A DNA stretch of 64,000 bases from an uncultured Armatimonadia bacterium (GCA_963749155.1 CAVVLO010000002.1:480001-544000), one strand, 5' to 3'. Shown: positions 21,567 to 33,845, counted from the first letter of the stretch. The notes: generated from the sequence alone by a model not told the origin. Translations and numbers: made by a program.

Positions 21567-23520
21567 ATGGAGCATCAAGACCCAGAATCAGCCGAACAAA
21601 CTCAGCCTCTCCCTGCAGGTGAGGCGCAAGGGCAACAGCGCAAGGTGCGCGCGCGCGCCTTTGTTGTTGCCTTCGCGCTAATGCCTTTGAACGTCTACTG
21701 GATTATTGCGGCCGAGATCCGGTGGTACCTGCCGCTGACCCTGAATCCACTCTTTGTGACACCTGTCTTCTGGCTGGCTCTGCTGGCAGGTCTCAACGCG
21801 CTCTTGCGCCGTTTCGCACCCAAACTGGTTTTTCGCCCCACCGAACTTGTCGTTATCTACATAATGCTGGTCGTCAGTTGCACTATGGCGACTCACGACT
21901 ACATCATCAACCTGATGTCGATTATGGGCTGGCCCGCCTGGATTGCCTCCCCCGAAAACAAATGGGAATCGCTGCTCTTCCCCTACCTGCCCAAGTCGCT
22001 TTTTGTCTGGGATATGGACGTGCTGAGAGGCTTCTTTAATGGGGGCAGCTCGCTTTACGAGTGGAAAGTCATCAAGACCTGGCTGCCGCCACTTGGGGTT
22101 TGGAGCCTTTTCATCTTCTCGATGGGCTTCACTTTCTTCTGCCTCAATGTGCTGCTGCGCAAGATGTGGACGGAATATACCAAGCTCTCCTTCCCCATCA
22201 TCCGCTTGCCTCTGGCGCTGACCGAGCACCCCAGCGATTTCGCAATGCTCAAGACGCGCATGTTCTGGATGGGCTTCAGCCTGGCGGGTGTGATGGCCCT
22301 GCTCAACGGACTGAATGTCTGGTATCCAGGAGTCCCCCATCTCTCGGTACTGGCGCGTTATATCCAGTTTGCGACCCCTCCCTGGTCGGCAATGGGTTCT
22401 ACTCCCTACACCATCTACCCCTTCTGCATTGGCCTGGGCTTCTTGCTGCCCCTCGATGTCGCCTTCAGTTGCTGGTTCTTTATGCTTTTTATCAAGCTCC
22501 AGATGCTGCTGGGCTATGTGGTTGGGGTGCGAGATGTGCCAGATTTCCCTTACACGGCAGAACAACAGATGGGCGCCTGGTACACCTTTGGCCTGATATT
22601 GCTCTACGGCAGTCGCCATCATCTGAAAGACGCCTTCCATGCGGTGTTCAGGCGCGATGGGTCGGATGCAGAGGAGGCTATCTCTTATCGGCTGGCCTTC
22701 TGGGGTGTCGTCTTCGGGATTGTCTTCTTCCTGGTCTTTTGGGTGCAGGTCGGCTTCAGTCTGATCTGGGCCATCGTGGCGCTGGTGACCTATCTGCTGG
22801 TGTCACTTACCATCACACGCATACGGGCCGAGGCTGGCGCTCAGCACACGGTGTGGGATCTAGAACCTGCCAAGCTCTTCCGCCTGTTCGACTCGCGCAG
22901 CCTTGGCCCCTCGAACCTGACCGCGGGAGCGCTTTCTCACTGGTACTGGCGCCTCAATCGCAGCCACCTGATGCCAGCCCAGCTTGAGGCGATGAAGCTC
23001 GCGATGGAGCACAAGATGCCACTGCGCTCGCTTCGCTTCCCTCTGCTGGCGGCCTTTGCGCTTGCGGTTATCCTCTCTATGTGGGCTTGCCTGGATGTGC
23101 TTTACAAGGACGGCGCGCTGGCCAAATGCCAGGGCTTTGCGGTCTGGTGCAGCTATGAGACCTTCGACACGCTTCGGACTTCGATGGATGTCGGTTTCAA
23201 AATGCAACCCGCGCGCTGGGTGGCGGCCACCTCGGCCAGTGGCTTGACTCTAGCTGCTGACCTGGCTGCGGTCGCGTTTCGTGTGGTTCCCCTTCCACCC
23301 GCTTGGTTATTGCGTTGGCCCCTGGGCCTGGTGGTTCTGGTTCCCCTTCTTTATCGCCTGGCTGGTGAAAAAGCTCATCCTGCGCTACGGCGGACTGAAG
23401 GTCTACAAGCAGGCGCTGCCCTTCTTCCTGGGGCTGATCCTGGGCGACTACGGCATCGGCGCCATCTGGTCGCTGATAGGCGTCTTCTGGCAAGTGCCGG
23501 TTATGCGCATCTTCCACTAG
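21567..23520 (+). CDS. Polytopic membrane protein of DUF6785 + DUF6784 type (putative transporter); frameshift near 23253
   Basis: Many TM segments. ELVVIYIML, KLSFPIIRLP and ITRIRAEAG; after the shift, WFPFHPLGY and ILRYGGLKVYKQALPFFLGLILGD, which I recall as family-typical. Confidence 0.8.
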
Positions 23521-25671
23521 CCCTCAGGTTGCCACGGGCCAGGGGGCGTGCGGTCGAGATCGGCCTTCACCTCGGCGAAGATACTGGCAAGGTCCAGTCC
23601 TGATGAAAGCTCCCACAGCGAAGTGTTTTGCTCTCTCAGGCCGCAGATAATTGCGCCCCAGGCCTGCGACCAGCCTGTCTCGACGCTCCAGGCGCCCCAG
23701 CCGATATCTCCCGAACTCGCCCAGAACTCCCACCGGTCATAGTTGAAGGCCCTGAACCAGCACCCATCCAGCCAGGGGATGTCTGGAGCCTTGACCTGGA
23801 TACGGCAGAGATACTCTGTCAGCTTGTCGGCAATCTCGGCAACTCGCTTATCGCCTGTCGCGCGGGCGGCCTCATGTAGCCCCAGTAGCGCAAAACCGCT
23901 GGTATAGAGCTGGTCGCTGGCCGGGTCGCCGTTCTGCTGAATGAGCGGCACCTCGGTCGTGCCATAAGACTCGTTGGAGCTTGCTGCGAAATAGAAACCG
24001 CCGACCTTGGTCTCATTGGTGCGTTCTTGCAACGCCCCGCACGGCGCCTGCACGTTGGCGAGATCCCTGGCCATCTGATAGACCCACTCGCGGTGCTCGG
24101 GTGTATCGTCTACTCGCACCAGCCACGCGAGGCAAAGCAGGATGCGTCCTCGCTCCAGGGTGTCGCCCCAGCGCCAGTTGTCAGGCCCGACTTCCATCGT
24201 CATCCGGATGGCGTTGCGGGCTTTGTCGAGGAAAGGCGCATAGCCTGTGTGCTGATACGCCCAGAGGTAACAGGCCCAGAGGAAGGACTCGAAATGGGTC
24301 GCGTAGTTGATGCGCGAGGTATCTTCGAAGTGCTTCCAGCCGATACTGCTCGAGCTCTGGCATATCTATCCGGTCGATACGGAAGCCCTCCGGCCCTGTG
24401 GTGCGCAGGTTGGCGAGCAGCGCGCGCAGCAACGGGACGTTCCAGCGTTCCTCTCCCAGGCAAGCCGCCGCGCCCAGTGTCCCGAGCATCGCCCGGGCAT
24501 TGTCATCCCCGTAATTGGCTATCTCGAGTTCCTTGCGAAGTTCTCCCCAGGCGATGAGGCCATAGGCCGGGTGCATCGGGTTGCCTCGCCCGCCCTTGCA
24601 GAACTCGGAGGTGAAGTAGAGATAGTCCAAAAGGTTGGCTGAAGCCTGCTGGCTGCGCTGATTACCGTTCACCAGGCCATCCAGAGCCAGCACAAAGGCA
24701 GCTTCGCCGTGACAGTCGGCGCGATAAGGCAACCTTTCCACCTGACGACCATCGCATTTTATCGGTGAAGAAAGGCCTTCCAGTATGCCCCAGGAGCCGT
24801 CACCCGCTTCGATGGGGTCGGGCAATTCGCCTGAATCCTGCGCGGCAATCAGGGAGGCGACGACCTCGTCTCTGCGCGAAGCCGGCACCAGCATCCCCGC
24901 ATCAAAATACCAGTTGGCCATCGCGCTGACAGCCTGCGCCTCGACATCAGGGGGCAACTGGTCTTCTGGGCCATAGGCCGGTTGGACCGTGGGCTGCCAG
25001 GAGAGCTTCACCGGCGCGCCAAGAGCGGCCAGAAGCTTCTCCCAGATGACAGTCCAGGCCGCGGTTGGCGAATACCGGGCGGTTACGAACTGAGAGAGCT
25101 TGGTCGTCGCAACGAAGCCCTGCTCTTTCGGTAGCTCGAACAGCACAGGAGAAGCCGTATCAGGCAACCCGAAGACCGCTGTGTCGAAGCCGGCAACCCG
25201 CGCCACAACCAGCCAGGGGTGTTCTGCCTCGACCGGCAGGAAGTGGCAATCGTGGATGCCGACGATAGTGAGCGCTGGCAGCTCCGGCCCGAAGTCATCT
25301 GAAGCGACGACTCCGCGCTCCCACTCGATGTGGCGCACCTCGCCCAGCTCCAGGCCAGGCACGGCGGCGGGGTATTCTATGTAGAGCTTCAGGTGCTTTG
25401 CGGCAGCCTGATCAAACAGGTCGGCGGGTAGCTCTGTCTGCCTGGTTGGATACCCATCAGCCAGTAGCAGCAGGGCAGAATTTGCCGGCGCCTGCACAAG
25501 GGCTTCGGCAGGCAGGTCAAAACGCGCAACCTCATAACCTGAATCGCCAAGCACTCGGTAGAGATCATTATCAGCAGAACAACATAGAGTCAGAGCCACA
25601 GTTTTAGCCTCCGCAGGATTCGCCCAGCCGAGCAAAAGGGCCAGGCACGCATATACGAGTACTTTTATCAT
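23517..25671 (-). CDS. Secreted hypothetical protein with a C-terminal (alpha/alpha)-barrel glycosidase-like domain; frameshift near 24342
   Basis: Joins ORFs 24181..25692 and 23517..24203 via YGWKHFEDTSRINYATHFESFLWACYLWAYQHTG. Signal peptide MIKVLVYACLALLLG. ATG overlaps the upstream stop (ATGA). Motifs YGDDNAR, LHEAARATGD and WSVETGW. Confidence 0.7.
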
Positions 25672-28600
25672 GGTAGCTTTTGTACTACACAACTCACGGC
25701 CTTAGGGGCAAGCTCCAGCTCCAGCAAGGCGTTGCCGTTTTCTAGCCGAGGCTCCAAAGCCTCACCGGTCCAGCCGTTGGTGTAAGTTGCGCCTTCGACA
25801 TGAGGCACTGCAAGCAGTGGCCCGCGCGCAGTGCGCCCGTTATCGTTGTAGAGGGTCCAGACGCGCTCTTTCGGTGCTCTGAAGGCGTTGGCGAACACAC
25901 CCGCCTGAAGTGTTGGCACTAGCGGTTCGACATCGGCAGAACTGAAAGCGTCCCTGTGCTCGCACAGCACCTGCACTGCTCTGGTCTGCAGAGCGAGCGC
26001 AGGGGGATCGTAGCCAGGCAGCCCTGGGCCAAGATAGTAGCTTTCCCCATTGAAGAAGGGGAACTTCACCGGCCACCAGTTGCCTGCTCTGTAGGCCACA
26101 TAATGGATTATGTGGAACTGTTTGAAGGCCGGGAAGGCGAACCGGGGCAAGTTAACATAATGCGGCGATAAGGCCCTCTGGTCGAGCCCCCATAGCGCCT
26201 GATAGGTGAAGGAGCCATCCAGTGGCTGGCGCATTACTTCGGCAGGGGGATATTCACTGTAGAGTGAGATATCCGGCCCAACCGCCTCGCGGATGCGCTG
26301 GGCAAGCAGTACCTCTCCCTGGTAGGGGATCTCCCAGCCGTTATGGCCGTGATCTTTGGCCTCGCAAAGCCACCTGCCATCGGTCGCGCCGATCTCGTCG
26401 ATATACATCCCCTTCATACCGAAGTCGTTTTGCAGGCGGTGTAGACTGTGGCCAGGTGTTCGCGCCAGTCTTCGATGTAGGGGCATTCGTTGAAGGCCTT
26501 GTACTCCGGCACCCAGTTGAGACTGCCATCGGCGCGTTTCATCGCCCAGGCTTCGGCATATTGCCCAGCAAGCTGGCCGGCAGGGCAAGAGAGATAACCG
26601 TCCTGATAGGTGCCAACGCCGATGCCCTCGGCCTGGGCCCTCTGGATGTTATCGCGGAAGTATTCCAGTCCACCGACAGTGTCGTCATAGTGGTTGTAGT
26701 CGCCCCAATCGCCGTATTGCTGGGAGGAGAAAGGCCCAAACATATGGATATAGTCACAGTAGCCTGTGTATTTGCGCATCAGGTCTATAGCGGGTTGGAC
26801 ATTGCCTCGGTCGCGCGGGGCGGGTATGGCATCGAAGTGAGAATTGATGCCCATAAAGGCGAAGGTCCGCTCCCACCAGGGCTTGGCGGCAGGGGGCTTG
26901 TACCAGGAGGAAAGCCAGTCTTTATAAGCGCCAAACAGCGCACGCCAGTCGCCCTCAAGCCCGGCAAGTTCGGTCTCGGTAGCGTTGAAAGTCTCCCCAG
27001 GCGCGAGGTCGCGCCTGGGATACTCCACCGCCCAGGCCCCGCCCCTCTCGTCTTTGCCCATCCGAAGGAAATGATGCTGAGCGACGGTGTCGTGCGTATA
27101 ACAGCCTAGCGCCAGGCCAAGCTCGGGGTTGAAGAAGCCATCCAGTTGCAGCGGGTGGCGTTCACCAAGCGGTTCTCTGAAGCTGGCCGGCTGGTCGTTG
27201 ATGATGCCGCCGCGCCTTCCAAACAGGTACCAGGTGTCAGCTCCGGAGCCAAGCTGCACGCCCGCCAGCACGGGAAAGAGCACGGTCGCGGTCAGCGACT
27301 CGGTGCCCTGGTTGGTAAGTGAAAGCGTTAGTTCCACGCGACCTGAAGCGCCAGGTCGGGCTTCGACGACTGCCAGCAGGCCCGTGCTCTGGCTGCGCAG
27401 CACAAACTGGCGTTTGTTGGCCGAGGGCTCAGAGGAAAGCAGTTGCCAGTCCGCCTCGGGCAGCTTCTCTTCCCCCAGCCACACCTCGAACACCGGCCCA
27501 TGAGCGAGTTTCAACGTGTCCGGCAGCCCCGCCAGCTCAAGCCCCTGCCAGGTTAATCCTTGAGAAGTAGAAAACTCGGCCCGCAAAGACCCGCTGACGA
27601 TGGCTTGCTCGGTCGGAGGAGGCACGGGCCAGTTGGTGTCGAGAGTCACCGCCTGGCTTGCGGGCGAGGCGAAGTTGAGATCTAGCGGAGCAGGTTCCGT
27701 AGCTTTAGGCGCGCCGGAATTAGCTGTCACGCCCAGGATTGCAAAGGTGCCTGTCTCCATCCCGTCATACACCGCGAGCGCCACCGGTTTACGCGCCGGG
27801 TCGGGGTGTACAGCGCTCACGCTAAAGCCCCGCGGAAGGCCCCACTTGTTAGTCTCGACCTCCAGCGGCAACACGAGATCGGGTGGGCCGCTTTCATACT
27901 GCACTTCGAAGACGACCTTCTCAGGCTCGGTCAGTACTTCCTGCGGCAGGGGCGATTTGGCGTCCAATCCCCAGGGTTCCGCCGAGGGAGCCGCCGCCGC
28001 CATCAGCACCAGGTATTCAGGGGCGATCTCGGAAAGAGCGACCTCCATCTGACCTAGTTCCGCAACGCCCGTCTGGCGCGCTTGCTCAGGGCTTGAGGGC
28101 ACCTGGAAGGGTACTCCGCCGACAGTGATGCGGTCGGAAGAGAACCACCCCACCGCCTGCAGGTGCCTGGGCAGTGACCCGCCTGTCAGCCCACCGGTGG
28201 CCTCAAACGGAAGCGGATCGAGGCCGGCGATCGCAGGCGCAGAGGGCACGTAGTCCACCAGCTTCTCGAAGGGCCACTGGACAGGCGCCGACCCGAAGGT
28301 CACCTCGTCCAGCCAAAGCTCGGTCTGTTCGCTGAGAGAGTCAATCCCCAGCGCGAACTGCGTCGCGGTGAAGTTCTTCTGCAGCCCAAGGCTGGCGGTA
28401 TGCCAGCGCCCATCGGCAATCAGGTCTCTGCCGTAGATCAGTATGGCAGAGGGATCCTGATCATCATCGCCTACCCAAAATATATAGTTATATGGGCCAA
28501 ACTCCCCTGTGGCGCGATAGCGGAAGCTCAGCCAGTTCAACTCGGCGATGTCGACCGGCTCGGGCAAATTAGCGCCCCAGCGCATCGCTTTGCCCTTCCC

Positions 28601-29266
28601 CTGAAGGCCGAGGTGCAGCAGGCCCTCTTCAACTTCTGCCCCGAAGTCAGTCGCGGGATTCGTAATCCAGCTTGTCCGGGCCTCAAGAGGAAGCGTCTCC
28701 CAATCGAGGGTGACAAATCGGCGCGCGGGAGGCTCGAAGGCAATAACTTTCGCATCAGGGGGCGCTTCATCGGCATACCAAAGCCTCTCGACAGTCAGCC
28801 TGGCGCTGCCGGAGGCCCCACAGCGCAACTTGAGAGCAATCTGCGAAAGCGGTTCGAGGGCATCCAGGCTCAGCAAATCGACCGCTAGTGTATGCGCAGC
28901 GCCATCGCTCAGAACTTCTCCACCTGGAATCAATGTCCGTCCGCCAGGGGTGCCTTCCCAGCCGTGCAAAAGGTAGTCGCCTGGGTCTGTCGGGAAGCCT
29001 TCAGCCCGGTAGGTGAGTACCAGATACCGCGCCTCACCAGGGCCTTCCCCAGGCAGGAAGGTGAGTTGCCAGGGCAGGTTTTTACCTGCGCCCTCAATTG
29101 AGAAGACAAGCGCCCCATCTTCGACCGTAAGGCCAAACTGGTCGGGGCTGGCTCCGCTCACCCAGGTCGGGCGCGGCCCCCAGCGCGCAGCGGTTTCGGC
29201 TCCGATGTCCGCCAGGGCATATCCTGCGAGTAGCAACGCCATCAGCGCAAGCAGGCTCATCTTCAT
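25668..29266 (-). CDS. Large secreted protein: tandem beta-sandwich modules plus a C-terminal GH-like TIM barrel (DUF6259-like); frameshift near 26442
   Basis: Joins ORFs 26414..29605 (start ATG 29266, RBS GGGAGG) and 25668..26588. Contains WGDYNHY, GIGVGTYQDG, GMKGMYIDEIG, CEAKDHGH and LYSEY. Confidence 0.65.
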
Positions 29267-29280
29267 CGTCGGCCTCCCTG

Positions 29281-32133
29281 TCAGTCTTGCCAGCTTCGGA
29301 AGATGACGTCTTCCAGCTCGAAGCGACTCTCGGGAGCTGGATTCACGTTGTAAAGCCTGACGAAAACTTCCTCCGAGTCGAACACCCCGTAGACGGCAAG
29401 CCGCTGCAACAAGGCCAGTTTGCCCCCATAGCGCTCCGTCTCGCCCAGGTCCGAGAAGCGCACGAACAGCGTCCCATCCGCGCCAAGCTGGCCGGTGACG
29501 TTTACAAATTGCAGCCACCTGGCGTCCTCGAGCGCGGTGTCCGCTCTTACCGGTTGGTCGTGGGCGCTCAGCACTTCGGTCCACTGCTGCCCATCGGGAG
29601 AGCACTCAATCCTGTAACCGTTGGCTACGACCAGCTCGAGGTTGGCCTCAACGACCTGTGGCAGCTTGAGCTTGTAGGTAAAACTACCTCCCAGCGCAAC
29701 TCGCCGCGTGCCATCAGCCTCCAGTGCGGAGCCCTCTGGTTGAGCCAGATAATTGGCATCCTCGAAGGGATATACCGTCAGCAGTTTATGTAGCTGGTCC
29801 CGGCTGCCGGTCAGCCAGGCAAGGTCGATTGCCTGATTTCGCGGCTCAGCGCTCCAGGTGTCCAGCGCGTCATACCAGTGCCTTGCATCGGGCGAGACTT
29901 CCAGCTTGTAACCTGTCCCGGTAATCCGCAGGTCGAAGGCTGCGCCGGCGGCCTGGGTTGTGTCGAACCGCCAGACAAGAGGCCTGTCCTGACCAGTGCA
30001 GACGCGTTTGCTGCCCTCGAGCCTCCCATGAGCGCGCACCAGATGGGTGGCTTCCAGTGGCGAACTGGGCAAAAATCGTAATTCTTTCACTTTATGCGCC
30101 ACTTTGGGTTCTTTCGAGTTCACCTGACGAACTGGATCGGTGCCTGGCCTGAAGTAAGGGCTAGCCATAATCGGTTGCCAGGTCAGCTCTACCGTCCCGT
30201 CAGCCTCATAGCGCGGGAAGGCCCCCACAGGGATGACCTGCTGGGTTGTTCTGGCCATCTCGGCGCCCCGTAGCGAGATCCCCAGATACTCGGGATTGGC
30301 GTCATCCTGCGCCCAGGGGCCAGCCCCGCAGTCGTTCCAGGTCTCTTTCACTGTCTGCGGGCCGTGCCAGCCATTGGGGACGTCCAGATTGATGAGCTTG
30401 TCGACGTTGTCCAGCAGGCCAGCATTGCCCCAGACACCCAGCGGTAGCGAACCAGAGTAAGTATCGAACCCGCCAGGTGCCTCCAGCTTCTGGCCGTTGC
30501 AGTAGATGCCCTGTGCATCGATGGTATAGACAGCAAGAGCGCGCTGCCAGGTGTCGTAGTACTCCTGGTTGCCAGTGGCGTCCCAGGCAAGCCACGCAGC
30601 CTTGGTGCAGTTGAAGTGGCTCCACCCGCCAGGCCAGCCGGTGCCATCGTAGCCAATTGCGCCCGCGCACATCCGCTTCATCGCGCGGTCGAGCAGCGCA
30701 GTATAGCGCTCTACCATTGGCTCCTCATCAAGCGTCTTGCCAAGCTTCACCATCCAGGCGGCGGCCTTCACCATAAAGAAAGCGCGCACAAGCCAGGCGC
30801 CCTCATCGTCCATACGGAAAAGCTCATCGACGGCGTTTTGGGCATAACAGCGCGCGGTCGGCGCGTAGGGGTCGCCATATTTCGCCAGCATATAAGCGCC
30901 TGCCGCAAGGCCCGCCGGCAGCGCATTTACCATCTGCTGCGAAGGGAAGCCCCCTGTCAGCAAGGTGCCTTTGCTGAGGAAATGCTCCGCGTTGCGATAG
31001 ACATATTCCATATCGCGCTCGCTGATGCCGGGGAAGGGATAAAGCCAGATCCGCCCGCGCGCCTGCCCTGCCTTGCGATTGAAAGTCAGTCGCAGTTGGC
31101 GGTAGCCGAATTCCGGCAGCGCTTCCAGCAGGTCAGGTTGCCCCTCCCACATAACCAGCAAGGCTGTTGAATAGCCGGGCTGCGCCCAGGCTGATTGTTT
31201 ACGCAGGATGACATACGAGAAATCTGGACTGGCAAGGCTGACCAGCCCTTCCACCTCGGAGCGATAAGTAGTCTGCCTGTCTGGCAAGTGGAGGATTGCG
31301 GGCGCGTTTGGGTCTGGGTAGAAGAAATCCATCCCTCGCTCAGGCTCGCCCACTACAATCTGCACTGAGTCAGCCTCAGTTGAAGTGAAGCTATACTCAA
31401 GAGGTTTGTCCTCATCGCTCAGCCAGTAACGTCCGGCAAAATCCACTGCCAGCCCTTCCCGCGAATAGTGCCGCAGGAAGGTATAAGGCGAGGCGTGCCA
31501 ATAACGCGCGCTGCGAGCGATGCCTGGATTGCCCGCCTGGGCAGGCTCATCACTCCGGCCAAACTCGCCGATCTCGAACCACTGACCAGCCTGCTCGGCG
31601 CGGAATCCGACCTTCAATCCGCCTTCGATGGAGTCGCCCCAGGTCGACAAGGTAAGCCGGCCTTGCTTCTCGCCCCCCTCATCATCGAAGATGAGATAGG
31701 TCTTGCCGCCGCTCCGGTGGCGGAAGGCGTGATAAGCCTGGGTGCCATCGTAATGAGAAGCCACCAGCCCCTTGGTCAGCCTGCGAGCCAGCTCTACCCG
31801 CGCCACAGGAGAGAACTCGGCCTCCCAGGCGATGCTTTCTACCAGGCGCGAGGTGTCGTCGGGAAACTGGAGATGCCAGGCATCGCCTGTAATCGTGTCA
31901 TATCCCAAATGGGAATAACTGGTGATGTTGATGCGAGCATCCACCAGGTTCTCGCAGTAGTTCATCCCCAGGTAGTTGAGCTTGTATAGATCATAAGGCG
32001 CCAGTTCGCGTGGCAGGGGGGTAGTCGGATCAAGCAAGGGCCTTCCACCAAAAGCCGCATGACCTGAGCCGGCAAGCAACACCAGGGCAAGACAGAGTAA
32101 TAATCCCAAATAATGAGGAGCAGTTGAATCCAT
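29281..32133 (-). CDS. Secreted 950-aa hypothetical protein with an (alpha/alpha)-barrel-like core and duplicated C-terminal beta-domains
   Basis: Intact ORF with signal peptide and AGGAGG RBS. Helical segments (AWLAWDATGNQEY) and two related C-terminal repeats (GYKLEVSPDARHW and GYRIECSPDGQQW). Confidence 0.75.
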   Translation of the reverse strand: MDSTAPHYLGLLLCLALVLLAGSGHAAFGGRPLLDPTTPLPRELAPYDLYKLNYLGMNYCENLVDARINITSYSHLGYDTITGDAWHLQFPDDTSRLVESIAWEAEFSPVARVELARRLTKGLVASHYDGTQAYHAFRHRSGGKTYLIFDDEGGEKQGRLTLSTWGDSIEGGLKVGFRAEQAGQWFEIGEFGRSDEPAQAGNPGIARSARYWHASPYTFLRHYSREGLAVDFAGRYWLSDEDKPLEYSFTSTEADSVQIVVGEPERGMDFFYPDPNAPAILHLPDRQTTYRSEVEGLVSLASPDFSYVILRKQSAWAQPGYSTALLVMWEGQPDLLEALPEFGYRQLRLTFNRKAGQARGRIWLYPFPGISERDMEYVYRNAEHFLSKGTLLTGGFPSQQMVNALPAGLAAGAYMLAKYGDPYAPTARCYAQNAVDELFRMDDEGAWLVRAFFMVKAAAWMVKLGKTLDEEPMVERYTALLDRAMKRMCAGAIGYDGTGWPGGWSHFNCTKAAWLAWDATGNQEYYDTWQRALAVYTIDAQGIYCNGQKLEAPGGFDTYSGSLPLGVWGNAGLLDNVDKLINLDVPNGWHGPQTVKETWNDCGAGPWAQDDANPEYLGISLRGAEMARTTQQVIPVGAFPRYEADGTVELTWQPIMASPYFRPGTDPVRQVNSKEPKVAHKVKELRFLPSSPLEATHLVRAHGRLEGSKRVCTGQDRPLVWRFDTTQAAGAAFDLRITGTGYKLEVSPDARHWYDALDTWSAEPRNQAIDLAWLTGSRDQLHKLLTVYPFEDANYLAQPEGSALEADGTRRVALGGSFTYKLKLPQVVEANLELVVANGYRIECSPDGQQWTEVLSAHDQPVRADTALEDARWLQFVNVTGQLGADGTLFVRFSDLGETERYGGKLALLQRLAVYGVFDSEEVFVRLYNVNPAPESRFELEDVIFRSWQD

Positions 32134-32160
32134 TTAGGTCAGGTGCCTCCTTGAGCCGCC

Positions 32161-32349
32161 TCAGCTTTCTGGAGTCGGCGGTTCGAACGGTCTAGGCGGC
32201 TCGGGAGCCTCTTCAGGCTCCAGGTTAATGACTTTCAACCTGGCGAGCATGTTTTTTATGTCTGTGGCTCCCCGGATCGCCACATATATAGTTACTGTCG
32301 AATACCAGACCAGCACCGCTGCAGTAAGCAACCACCAGAAAGGCGCCAT
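32161..32349 (-). CDS. Small single-TM membrane protein accompanying the solute symporter
   Basis: MAPFWWLLTAAVLVWYSTVTIYVAIRGATDIKNML; starts immediately after the symporter stop with a GAGGGG RBS. Confidence 0.7.
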   Translation of the reverse strand: MAPFWWLLTAAVLVWYSTVTIYVAIRGATDIKNMLARLKVINLEPEEAPEPPRPFEPPTPES

Positions 32350-32350
32350 C

Positions 32351-33845
32351 TTACGCAACCCCCTCGATTGGCTCTTCTTTAACGAATAGAAGCTTCAGAT
32401 AGGAGCCGATAACCATCCCAAGAGCCGCCGCGACGAAACTCGCAATGCCCGAATAATAGGGCCCTATGCTCTTGGCCAGTTCTTCTGTTGCCGGGATTTG
32501 TTCCATGGCCAGATAGGCGACGGGGAATATAAAGCCCAGCAGGATAGCCGCTCCTGCGCCCCAGCTATTGGCCCTCTTCCAGTAGCAACAGGCGACAAGC
32601 AGCACTGACATACTGGAGAGGTAGATGGCCCCTGTGACACTGATATAGCTCCAGAGGTCACCTTTCAATTCGTACCACAGGCCATAGAAAAGCAGGAAGA
32701 CCCCTATCAAGGCCACGATTGTGCGATTGACCATCAGGCCAAACTTCTCGGTCCAGGCTTTACGACGCCTGAAAGGGGCCAGGATGTCGTTGTAGATGAC
32801 ACTCGCCCAGGTCAGCATATAGGAGGAGTCGGTTAACATATCCGCTGCCAGCATCGCTGCAACAAGCAAACCCATCAGGCCAGCCGGCACGTAGAGGGCA
32901 AGGAATTTCGGCATCGCTGTCAGCGTGTTGTCGCCGACCACTTCAGGAGCGAGCAACGCAAGCGCGGCAATACCCCAGATGCCCGGGATAAGGAAGCGCG
33001 CCACGAAGAAGAAACTTGTGCCCGAATACATCCGTTGGCCAGTTTTGGCATCTTTCGAGGCTAGGACGCGCGCTATCATTGTTTGCCAGGTCAGGCAAGC
33101 CGCCAGGTTGAGGATGCCATTGAAGACCACATATTCCCAGCCCATGTCGGGATTGACGAAGGGGTTGAACCCGCCTGCTCCCAGCTTGTCATCCACAGTC
33201 TGGACCAGAGTAGTCCAGCCTACGGTGGCAAGTGTCAGCCCAGTAACTGCAATCAGGCCGATGCTCATCACAATGAATTGCAGATAGTCAGTAACAAGCA
33301 CTGAAAGCATCCCGCCGAGGATGGTGTAGACCGCTACCAGTGCAAGCAGAGCGGTCATCATCCACTGCAAATAAGCGACATCCATCCCCGAGACGCCTAC
33401 AAGGAACTCGCCGCCCGTGCGCAGGAAGACGCCCATATTGAGCAGGCCGCCCAGCACGATGACCACCCCAGCCAGCCATCTGATACGCGAGCCAAAGCGC
33501 TCCTGGAAAAGCTCGGGGATGGTGATTACACCGGCCTCGCGCAGAGGCTTGATACAGAAGCCGGTCACTCCTACCACCAGCATCGCCAGCGCATACAATA
33601 TGCCAGGCGTTGCGCCAGCGAAGCCCTTGTCATAGCCATTTTGGGCCGCATACATACAAGTGACGATGCCGAACTCCGTAGCGGCCATCGAGGCGATACC
33701 GAGATAAAGGTTCATCTCCCGGCCCGCTACAAGATAGTGTTCGACCTTGCCCACGTACTTTGCGGACCGCCAGGCCAGCAATCATCACGACGATGAGATA
33801 GACCCCGATGATGCTGCCATCCAAAAGGTTGAAGTGACCAGTCAT
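32351..33845 (-). CDS. Sodium:solute symporter (SSS) family transporter; frameshift near 33760
   Basis: MTGHFNLLDGSIIGVYLIVVMIAG joins ORF 32351..33781. Motifs YLVAGR, TIPELFQERFG, YTILGGMLSVLVTDYLQF and GLMGLLVAAMLAA. Confidence 0.9.
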
